Made by a program: the position numbers and the translations under genes
Shown: piece after piece, positions 48,263 through 56,064 of the stretch
Position numbering within the stretch: position 1 is the first letter of the stretch
Layout: every line of letters starts with the position of its first letter
From: Chthonomonadales bacterium
GTDB taxonomy: Bacteria > Armatimonadota > Chthonomonadetes > Chthonomonadales > CAJBBX01
Direction of reading: 5' to 3'
DNA: 64,000 nucleotides
NCBI GenBank assembly: GCA_035477595.1
Contig: DATIKM010000046.1
Coordinates: forward strand, 19,171-83,170
Notes under the pieces: model-generated
What the model was told of the DNA's origin: nothing
Databases searched by the model: none
What the model saw: the letters and a program-made list of their open reading frames with translations, nothing else

Positions 48263-48764
48263 GCGCGGCAGGGCGGCCTCCGAGAAGGTGGTAAGCCGGG
48301 AGGACCTCGGCAGGGCCGTCGCCGGCGCGCGCGCCGGAGGGCGCCGCATCGTCTTCACGAACGGCTGCTTCGACATCCTGCACATCGGCCACGTGCGCTA
48401 TCTGGCGGACGCCAGGGCGCTCGGCGATCTCCTCGTGGTGGGGCTCAACAGCGACGCCTCGGTGCGCCGCCTGAAGGGCGAGCGGCGCCCTCTCGTCCCC
48501 CAGGACGAGCGCGCCGAGATGCTGGCGCACCTTGCCTCCGTCGACCTCGTATGCATCTTCGAGGAGGACCGGCCCGACGACCTCATCCGGATCGTCCGGC
48601 CGGACGTGCACGCCAAGGGCGGCGACTACCGCGCCGACGAGCTCCCCGAAGCGCCGCTGGTTCGGAGCCTGGGGGGTCAGGTAGCCATCGTGCCGCTCGT
48701 GGAGGGGCGCTCGACCACACTCATCGTCAACCGCATCGTGAGCCTCTACGGGGCGGAAGGCTAG
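48255..48764 (+). CDS. hldC: D-glycero-beta-D-manno-heptose 1-phosphate adenylyltransferase (RfaE domain II as a separate protein)
   Basis: ATG at 48255 overlaps the rmlC-like stop by 8 nt (ATGCGTGA). [48 protein letters not shown]...VHAKGGDY...GRSTT. Confidence 0.85.
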   Translation: MRERGRAASEKVVSREDLGRAVAGARAGGRRIVFTNGCFDILHIGHVRYLADARALGDLLVVGLNSDASVRRLKGERRPLVPQDERAEMLAHLASVDLVCIFEEDRPDDLIRIVRPDVHAKGGDYRADELPEAPLVRSLGGQVAIVPLVEGRSTTLIVNRIVSLYGAEG

Positions 48765-49720
48765 TGTCACGCCACCCGGAGTTCGACGCCCGCCGCATCC
48801 GCACGCAGCCGTTCTGCGAGCGCGGGTCGAAGGTGCGGGTCGCCGACTTCGCGTCTCCTCCCGAGCCCGGCCGCACGGTGGACGCGTTCCTCGCCTCGCT
48901 GCCTCGCATCCTGAGCGGGCCCGCCATCTCCGAGATCGCCACGGCGGTGGTCGAGGCTCGACGCGCCGGTCGCGCCGTGCTGGCCTCCATGGGGGGGCAC
49001 GTGGTGAAGACCGGCATGGGCCGCGTCCTTGCCGAGCTCATCGAGCGCGGGGCCCTGACGGCCTGCGCGGTGAACGGCGCCTTCGCCATCCACGATGCCG
49101 AGATCGCGCTCTTCGGGGAGACCTCCGAGGATGTGGAGGAGGGACTGCGAACGGGGCTCTTCGGCATGGCGGAGGAGACTGCCCAGTGCCTGAACGAGGG
49201 CGCACGCATCGCGAGCGCGCGCGGCATGGGCCTCGGCGAAGCGCTTGGCGAGATGCTGGCAGGCGCTCCCCACGCGGAAGCGAGCGTCCTCGCCTCTGCG
49301 CACCGCGCCGGCATCCCGCTCACGGTGCACGTGGCAATGGGCACGGACGTCGTGCACATGCATCCGGAGGCCAGCGGCGCGGCGATCGGCGAGGCATCGC
49401 TGCGGGACTTCCGCATCCTCACCCACGCCATGGAGGGCCTGGCGAACGGCGGCGTCCTGATGAACCTGGGCTCAGCGGTCGTGCTGCCCGAAGTCCTCCT
49501 CAAGGCGATCGCCACGCTCCGCAACGTGCGCGGCGACGCGTTCTCGCGGTTCCTCGGCGTCAACCTGGACTTCATCCAGCACTACCGGTCCAACCAGCAG
49601 GTGGTGAGCCGGGTCCGCGGCATCGGCGGCCGCGGCATTGCCCTGACGGGTCACCATGAGGTGCTGATCCCTCTCGTCGCGCAGGCGATCGTCGATCGTT
49701 GGGAGGCGCCGACGCGATGA
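48764..49720 (+). CDS. deoxyhypusine-synthase-like (DS family, NAD-fold) protein of unknown function
   Basis: The GTG start shares one base with the hldC TAG stop (TAGTG). By-eye collinearity with DHS: LASMGGHVVKTGMGRVLAELIERGALTACAVNGAFAIHD, IPLTVHVAMGTD, NLGSAVVLPE, QVVSRVRG. From memory only; no HMM run. Confidence 0.45.
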   Translation: MSRHPEFDARRIRTQPFCERGSKVRVADFASPPEPGRTVDAFLASLPRILSGPAISEIATAVVEARRAGRAVLASMGGHVVKTGMGRVLAELIERGALTACAVNGAFAIHDAEIALFGETSEDVEEGLRTGLFGMAEETAQCLNEGARIASARGMGLGEALGEMLAGAPHAEASVLASAHRAGIPLTVHVAMGTDVVHMHPEASGAAIGEASLRDFRILTHAMEGLANGGVLMNLGSAVVLPEVLLKAIATLRNVRGDAFSRFLGVNLDFIQHYRSNQQVVSRVRGIGGRGIALTGHHEVLIPLVAQAIVDRWEAPTR

Positions 49721-50694
49721 CCCCGGTCCGCCTTCGCGAGATCGTCGGCGCGTTCGCCGGCGCGCGAGTTCTGTGCGTCGGCGACCTGATGATGGACGAG
49801 TACGTCTGGGGCCGCGCCACCCGCATCTCGCCGGAGTCGCCGGTGATGGTGGTCGAGGTGGACCGCGAGACGAGCGTTCCAGGCGGGGCAGCCAACGTGG
49901 TGCACAACCTGCTGGCGCTCGGCGCTGCGGTGGCGGTCGCCGGCGTAGTGGGCGACGACGCGGCGGGCGCGGCGCTCCGAGCGCGGCTCGGCGAGGAAGG
50001 CGCGGACGTGTCCGGCGTCCTCGCCGACCCAGGCCGGCCCACCACGCGGAAGACGCGCGTCGTGGCGCACCACCAGCAGGTGCTCCGCGTGGACCGCGAG
50101 CGCGCAGCGCCGCTGCAGCCGGAGGTTCGCCGGCGCCTGGAGGAGGAGATCGAGGGCCTCGCGCGCGAGGCGGACGCCATCGTGGTGTCGGACTACGACA
50201 AGGGCGTCGTCTGCGCTTCGACGGCCGCCGTGGCGGTGGAGGCGGGCAGGCGGCGCGGCGCGCCAGTCACCGCGAACGCGAAGCCGCGCAACGCGCAACG
50301 CTTCGCCGGGGCGTCGCTCGTGTCGCTGAACGCAGCCGAGGCCGACGCCGTCGCGGGCGCCTCCGCGTTCTCGGCTGGCGAGGGGCTGGAGGAGGCGGGA
50401 CGCGCGCTCCGCGAGATTCTCGGCATCGATGCGCTCGTGGTGACGCGAGGCGCGGACGGGATTGCGCTCTGGGAGGCCGACGGCGTCTGCCGGCGCGTGC
50501 CCGCGCACCCGGTGGAGGTCTACGACGTGGCGGGAGCGGGCGACACCGTCATCAGCGTGCTGACGCTCGGCCTCGCACGGTCCGTCCATCTGGTCGAGGC
50601 CGCTGAGGTGGCTTCGCTCGCGGCTGCGGCCGTGGTGCGCAAGGTCGGCGTTGCGGTGGTCACCGCTCGGGAGCTCCTCGGCGCGGACGGATAG
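49717..50694 (+). CDS. hldA: D-glycero-beta-D-manno-heptose-7-phosphate kinase (RfaE domain I as a separate protein)
   Basis: ATG at 49717 overlaps the upstream TGA (ATGA). VLCVGDLMMDEYVWGRATRISPESPVMVV, GGAANVVHNLLALGA, TRKTRVVAHHQQVLRVDRE and DVAGAGDT (ribokinase-fold motif). Confidence 0.85.
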   Translation: MTPVRLREIVGAFAGARVLCVGDLMMDEYVWGRATRISPESPVMVVEVDRETSVPGGAANVVHNLLALGAAVAVAGVVGDDAAGAALRARLGEEGADVSGVLADPGRPTTRKTRVVAHHQQVLRVDRERAAPLQPEVRRRLEEEIEGLAREADAIVVSDYDKGVVCASTAAVAVEAGRRRGAPVTANAKPRNAQRFAGASLVSLNAAEADAVAGASAFSAGEGLEEAGRALREILGIDALVVTRGADGIALWEADGVCRRVPAHPVEVYDVAGAGDTVISVLTLGLARSVHLVEAAEVASLAAAAVVRKVGVAVVTARELLGADG

Positions 50695-50716
50695 CTGTGT
50701 TGTCCCAATGGGCTCG

Positions 50717-51904
50717 CTAGCGCGAGGCCGACTCTGGGGATGCCGTCGCCGGCGGCGCCGCGCGCGGGATGAACTGCGTGGCCGCGAGGGAAACGAGGGC
50801 CACCCCGATGCCGATGGCGAAGGGGATGCGGTAGTCGCCCGTGAGGCTCCAGAGCATGCCGCCCGTCACGGGCACGAGCACGGCTGCCACGTGGTTCATC
50901 GTGGTGCCCATGGCGAGGCTGGGTGTCAGCTCGGCCTTGTCCGCGATGCGGTTGAGGTAGGTGGTGATTGCCACGCCGAAGCCGAAGAGCAGGTTGTCCA
51001 GTGCGAACAGGGCGTACAGCATGCTCACGTCGCGCGTGGTGGCGTAGCCCCAGAAGACGCCCACGATCGCCACGTAGTATACGGTGAGCATGCGTCGCTC
51101 GCCCAGGCGGTCCACCATGCGGCCGATCATGGGCACGCACACCGCCGACACGGCGGCGTTCAGCAGCGCGAGGTTCAGCATCGTCGTTACGTCGGCGCCG
51201 TAGACGGCGATCAGGACGAAGGAGGCGAAGGTGCCGAACACCTGCCGCCGGCAGCCTTCGAGGAACGTCAGGCCGTAGTAGAGGCCGTAGCGCCTGCGGA
51301 ACACGATGGGCCGCCGCTCTACACCCGACGCCCGATCCGAGAGGCGGAAGGCCAGCCAGCTCGCCACCATGATCATGGCGCCCGACAGAGCGAACAGCGC
51401 CTCGTAGGAGGCAAACGGCTTAACCGCGCGCGTAAAGAGAAGGGCCGTGAGGACCGCCAGGGCACCGACGCCCGCCATCCTGCCCAGGTGCCGTCCGCCC
51501 TCCTGGTGGCGCGCCAGCGAGAGGGTGATGGCCGCCTGCACCGACGACCACAGGTGGAAGCCGGTCGACCAGAGCACGCTGAGACCGACCAGAGCCCAGT
51601 AGCTCGGCGCCAGGCCCGTGGCCGCCATGCCGACGGCGCAGAGGCCGAGCGCCACGCCGGCCAGGCGGGCCTCCGCGAGCGCGACAAGCGTGCCGGCGAG
51701 CAGTGCCGTGAGGAGGCCAGGCGTCTCGCGGAGCGACTCCAGTATCCCGAGTTGCTCTGGGCCGCCGTGCATCACCTCGCGGAAGAAGTTATGGAAGATG
51801 CCGTTGTAGACCGCGAACCCGAAGCTGAAGCAGAAGACGAGGACCGTGAACACTCGCCAGTCGCGCCGGGCGCCCGCCTCGTCGAGAGCTTCGTGCGGGG
51901 TCAT
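50717..51904 (-). CDS. MFS transporter
   Basis: ATG at 51904 (MTPHEALDE...). Multi-TM pattern with GRMVDRLGERRMLTVYY (MFS motif A). Confidence 0.75.
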   Translation of the reverse strand: MTPHEALDEAGARRDWRVFTVLVFCFSFGFAVYNGIFHNFFREVMHGGPEQLGILESLRETPGLLTALLAGTLVALAEARLAGVALGLCAVGMAATGLAPSYWALVGLSVLWSTGFHLWSSVQAAITLSLARHQEGGRHLGRMAGVGALAVLTALLFTRAVKPFASYEALFALSGAMIMVASWLAFRLSDRASGVERRPIVFRRRYGLYYGLTFLEGCRRQVFGTFASFVLIAVYGADVTTMLNLALLNAAVSAVCVPMIGRMVDRLGERRMLTVYYVAIVGVFWGYATTRDVSMLYALFALDNLLFGFGVAITTYLNRIADKAELTPSLAMGTTMNHVAAVLVPVTGGMLWSLTGDYRIPFAIGIGVALVSLAATQFIPRAAPPATASPESASR

Positions 51905-51965
51905 GGGTTCACCTGAGCGTGGATCGCCGGGGAGAGTGCGGAATCTCTGGCAGGGAGGGCAGCCG

Positions 51966-53819
51966 ATGCGCATCGAGACGCGAGCCAGGTTCGCCGCGCC
52001 TCGAGACTCGGTGTGGGACCTGCTCGCGAGCACCGACCGTCTGAACCGCGAGCTGGGCCTGCCGCCGGTGCAGTATACCTTCGCGCCGCGCCTGCACGGC
52101 GGCACGGAGGTGCGCGGCGCCATCCGCGTGGGCCCGCTGACCCTCTCCTACGACGAGGAACCCTTCGAGTGGGTGCGGCCCGCGTGGCTGTCGGAGCGCC
52201 GCGTCTTCCGCAACGGTCCGATCCGGGGCTTCGCGGTGCGGGTCGACCTCGAGGACGCTCCGAGTGGCGGCTGCGTGGCGCGCCTCGCGGCGCATGTTGA
52301 GCCGCGCTCGCTGCTTTGGCGGCCCGTGGCGCGCCTCGCGGCCCGGAAGCTGGTGCGCGACTTCCGGTCGGTCTGCGCTGCGTTCGACCAATGGCTCGCG
52401 GGCCGGAGTGCCACGCCCTACCCGCGCCGTGCAGGCCGGCCTCCCGCCGACCTGGGGCGCCTGGCCGAAGCCTGCGCGCGCCTGGCCGCCGACGGGGTGA
52501 GCGCCGACCTCGTGGAGATGCTGCGCCGGCATGTCGCGGAGGCGCCCGCGGAGGACCTCTCACTGCTCCGGCCCTTCGAGCTCGCGGACCGCTGGAGACG
52601 GAACCGCTTCGAGGTGCTGCGGGCGCTGCTGGCCGCCGCCAGCCCGAACGTGGGCATGCTGGACCTGCGCTGGCGGACGCTCTGCCCGTACTGCCGGGCC
52701 GACTCGTCGCCAGCCCGCCGGCTCGGCGAGCTGGAGTCCCGCGTCCACTGCCAGGCGTGCGACATCCGCTACGATGCGACCTTCGACCGTTCCGTCGAGG
52801 TCTGCTTCGCCGTGACGGCCGCCATCCGCCCGACGGTGACGGGGATACACTGCATTGGGGGTCCTGGCAACGCCGACCATGTGGCGGCTCAGTGGATCGC
52901 CCGGCCCGGCGAGACGCGCCACCTTCGCCCGCTGCCGCCTCCGGGCGGCTATCGCCTCGTGAGCGTCATGTGCGATGGCAGCGCCGACGTGGGCCTGGGC
53001 CCCGACAGCGAGGGCCTGGTCGTGGAAGTGACGCCGGGCGACGCTGGCCGGCCCCACCTACGGCTCGGGGTAGGCGGCGGCGCGGGCGCTGCTCGGCTCG
53101 CGAACAGCGCCTCGGAAGCCGTGGTCGTGCGCCTCGAATCGCGCGCCTGGGTGGGCGACGCGGCGACGGCGGCCCTGGTCACGTCGCTTCCGGAGTTCCG
53201 CTACCGGTTCGGATCGGAGGTGCTCTCACCGGATGTGGAGATCGCCGTGGAGCAGGTCTCGATCCTCTTCAGCGATCTGAGGGGCTCGACCCGCATGTAC
53301 CGGGAGCGCGGCGACGCCCCCTCCTACCGCGCCGTGCGCGACTACTTCGGCTGGATGGGCGCTGTCATCGGGCGCCACGCGGGCGGGGTGGTGAAGACGA
53401 TCGGCGATGCGGTGATGGCGGTGTTCCGGGACCCGGCCGATGCGCTCTCGGCCGCGCTGGACATTCAGCGCGAGGCGCCAGCCGCAGTCCCGGGCCTGCG
53501 CATAAAACTGGCGGTCCATAGCGGGCCTGCCATCGCGGTGAACGCCAACGGTGTGCTGGACTACTTCGGGCAGACGGTCAACCTGGCCTCGCAGCTCGAG
53601 CGACACAGCAGCGGCGGCGATGTGGTTCTGGCAGAGGGGGCCCTGCGGGACGCCCGCACGGCGGAGCGGGCCGCCGCGTCCTGGGTCATTGCGGAACGGT
53701 TTGTGGCCCGGGTGCCGGGCATCGACGAGGACCTGGCACTCCTGCGTCTGCGCGTCAAAGACGTGGCGCCGGCGCCCTCTGAGGCGCCGGCGCTGGCGGC
53801 GGAGTCCGGCCGGAGCTAG
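51966..53819 (+). CDS. class III adenylate/guanylate cyclase with N-terminal SRPBCC-like and 4-Cys modules
   Basis: ATG at 51966 has a GGGAGGG SD. N-terminus MRIETRARFAAPRDSVWDLL (SRPBCC-like), centre CPYC-N21-CQAC, C-terminus ILFSDLRGSTRMY...VKTIGDAVMAVF...YFGQTVNLASQLE. Confidence 0.8.
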   Translation: MRIETRARFAAPRDSVWDLLASTDRLNRELGLPPVQYTFAPRLHGGTEVRGAIRVGPLTLSYDEEPFEWVRPAWLSERRVFRNGPIRGFAVRVDLEDAPSGGCVARLAAHVEPRSLLWRPVARLAARKLVRDFRSVCAAFDQWLAGRSATPYPRRAGRPPADLGRLAEACARLAADGVSADLVEMLRRHVAEAPAEDLSLLRPFELADRWRRNRFEVLRALLAAASPNVGMLDLRWRTLCPYCRADSSPARRLGELESRVHCQACDIRYDATFDRSVEVCFAVTAAIRPTVTGIHCIGGPGNADHVAAQWIARPGETRHLRPLPPPGGYRLVSVMCDGSADVGLGPDSEGLVVEVTPGDAGRPHLRLGVGGGAGAARLANSASEAVVVRLESRAWVGDAATAALVTSLPEFRYRFGSEVLSPDVEIAVEQVSILFSDLRGSTRMYRERGDAPSYRAVRDYFGWMGAVIGRHAGGVVKTIGDAVMAVFRDPADALSAALDIQREAPAAVPGLRIKLAVHSGPAIAVNANGVLDYFGQTVNLASQLERHSSGGDVVLAEGALRDARTAERAAASWVIAERFVARVPGIDEDLALLRLRVKDVAPAPSEAPALAAESGRS

Positions 53820-54304
53820 TGCACGGCCCTCTCGCCGCCTCCGGCGGGTGGCAGGGAGGCGCGCTGCTCGCCCGCCGGCGTGACCGAGGCGCTCCGGCTA
53901 CGCATCATTTCGCGCATGTATGCCATTTCCTCCGGCGTGATGGGCTGCCTGGCCCACTCTCGCACGGCGATGTCCTGTGGCGTCAGCCCTCCGCCCAGGA
54001 TCGCGTGGCTGTTCAGGCGCAGCACCCCCACGCCGTAGATGCCCAGGTACATGACGATCGTGGCGCGCATCATGCTGTGGACGAAGGCCGGGCGGGATCG
54101 GCGCGCCCACTCGAGCACGATCAGCGGCCCTGCCACCAGCAACGCTTTGGCGGCGATGAACACCAGGACCCCTTGCTCGAGGTAGTGGTTCATCAACGGA
54201 TTGCCCTCGGTGGCCAGGCCGGTAGTAACAAGCCAGATTGTCGTCACCAGGTCGGCCGTGCAGATGGCGACCAGGACCCAGCTCTCCTTCGCGATGCGCG
54301 CCAT
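53816..54304 (-). CDS. DUF5658-like small membrane protein
   Basis: MARIAKESWVLVAICTADLVTTIWLVTTGLATEGNPLMN. ATG 54328 is an alternative start. The stop shares CTAG with the convergent cyclase gene. Confidence 0.65.
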   Translation of the reverse strand: MARIAKESWVLVAICTADLVTTIWLVTTGLATEGNPLMNHYLEQGVLVFIAAKALLVAGPLIVLEWARRSRPAFVHSMMRATIVMYLGIYGVGVLRLNSHAILGGGLTPQDIAVREWARQPITPEEMAYMREMMRSRSASVTPAGEQRASLPPAGGGERAVH

Positions 54305-54502
54305 GCGGACCCGTCTCCCACACGCCATTTGTACGGGTTCTTCCACAGGCACGCGTCGGTCCTAACCACCCAGTACCGGGGGGCGCGTGTCGCAGTCTGG
54401 CAGGCAGCGCCTGCTTCACGCGCGCCAGGAAGCGCGGCGGCCAGGGGTGGGACATGGGCAGCCGGGCGCCAGCAGTCCAGCGGCGCGCCGATCCCCAGAC
54501 AC

Positions 54503-54543
54503 GCGACGGGGCGAGGGCCAACCATCGGCCCTCGCCCCGTCGC
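54503..54543 (-). terminator. long GC hairpin just downstream of oxidoreductase gene 54568..55905
   Basis: 17-bp perfect stem (GCGACGGGGCGAGGGCC / GGCCCTCGCCCCGTCGC) with loop AACCATC, 25 nt past the stop. No U-tract. Confidence 0.5.
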
Positions 54544-54567
54544 TCAGCGGATGCGTCTCTTCGTTGG

Positions 54568-55905
54568 CTATGCCGTCATCTGGCGCGTCCTGGGGTCGAA
54601 GGTGACCGTCCTGGTCATGCGGTACGCCGTCTCCGCCATGCTGACCATCACCTGGACGCGTGCAGCCAGGTCGATTCCCGCGGTGGGCGTCCTGCCGGTG
54701 CGGATGCAGTCCACGAAGTCCTTCTGGTGGACGTCCAGGCGCTCGCCCTCGCCCTCGACGGGCAGGTTACCGCCCTCGATCTCGTCAGCCCACACGCGCT
54801 CCGGCCGGACATCTACGCCGGCGCCGCCGAAGAAGAGGGTCCCCTTGGTCCCGCGGATCATGTCCTGCCAGCCCTGTTCGTTGATCGTCGAGCCGAGCAG
54901 CATGATGGAGCAGTTCTCGTGGAAGTCCGCGACCAGGTTGGTGAAGTCCGGCACCTCGCGGTCGGGCCCGTTGGTGACCGGGCTCGTCCTCTGAACGAAG
55001 ATGCCCCCCAGCGAGGCCACACGGCTCGGCCAGCCCCCTTCGCCCGTGGTAGGCAGGTTCATGGCGATGACAAGCGGGTGCAGGCGGTGCGGGAAGAGGT
55101 CGCCCACGATCCCGGTTCCGTAGGCCCAGTACTTGCGCCAACGGAAGAAGCGGTCCGGGCACCACTGGGCGGGTTCGGTGCCGCGTCGGAAAACATCCCA
55201 GTTGATGAAGTTGTCGCCCGTAGCACTCGGCCCGGCGCCTTCATCGATGGCGTAGTAGTTCCACTCGCCTTCCCTGCTGTTGCGACAGAAGCTGCCCTGC
55301 CCCATGATGGCATGGCCGATCTTGCCATCGGCGACCGCTTTGCGGGCCACGTGCCACTTCGGGTCGGAGCAGCCCTGCGAACCCACCTGCAGCACGCGCT
55401 GGGTTCGCTTGCAGGTGTCGTAGATGCGGAAGGTCTCCTCGATGGTTCGGCAGAGCGGCTTCTCCACGTAGACGTGCTTGCCGGCTTCCATGGCCGCCGT
55501 CGTGATCGGCTCGTGCCAGTTGTCGGCGGTGGATATCCAGACGGCATCGATCTCCCTGACCTCGAGGAGCCTGCGATAGTCGTCGAACCCTCTGGCCTCG
55601 GGCAGGTTGAGAAGCTCTCGGGCGAGGCGCGTCCGCCGGTTGTAGATGTCGCAGACGGCTATGTTCTCTACGTTGAAGGCGGCTGCGTTCTCCTGCAACA
55701 TGCGGATGTGCGCCAGGCCCTGCCCGCCCACACCCACGTGGCCGGCCCGGATGCGGTCGTTCGCCCCGATGACGCGCGGGGGGGCAAGCGCGTAGACGGA
55801 GCTCTTCGCGACGCTGGCAACCGCCACGGTGGCGGCGGCAGTGACCGCCGCGTCGCGCAGGAACTCGCGCCGCGAGCTTCTGCGTGTGTCGTCGTTCTGG
55901 TTCAT
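54568..55905 (-). CDS. Gfo/Idh/MocA family oxidoreductase with twin-arginine (TAT) signal
   Basis: MNQNDDTRRSSRREFLRDAAVTAAATVAVASVA, then IRAGHVGVGGQG Rossmann and EAGKHVYVEKPL motifs. Confidence 0.85.
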   Translation of the reverse strand: MNQNDDTRRSSRREFLRDAAVTAAATVAVASVAKSSVYALAPPRVIGANDRIRAGHVGVGGQGLAHIRMLQENAAAFNVENIAVCDIYNRRTRLARELLNLPEARGFDDYRRLLEVREIDAVWISTADNWHEPITTAAMEAGKHVYVEKPLCRTIEETFRIYDTCKRTQRVLQVGSQGCSDPKWHVARKAVADGKIGHAIMGQGSFCRNSREGEWNYYAIDEGAGPSATGDNFINWDVFRRGTEPAQWCPDRFFRWRKYWAYGTGIVGDLFPHRLHPLVIAMNLPTTGEGGWPSRVASLGGIFVQRTSPVTNGPDREVPDFTNLVADFHENCSIMLLGSTINEQGWQDMIRGTKGTLFFGGAGVDVRPERVWADEIEGGNLPVEGEGERLDVHQKDFVDCIRTGRTPTAGIDLAARVQVMVSMAETAYRMTRTVTFDPRTRQMTA

Positions 55906-56064
55906 CCTCGTGATGCTCCTTCGGGGGCTCGCACGCCGCCGGCCTGGCACGACCGGCGGCGCTGCCCCGGGCCAAGGGCCCGGCGGATGCGCGACTACAG
56001 CTTGAACCACTCCCACAGAGAGGCGGCTGTGCTCACATGGCATCGCGCCGCATGCCGCGTCGTC

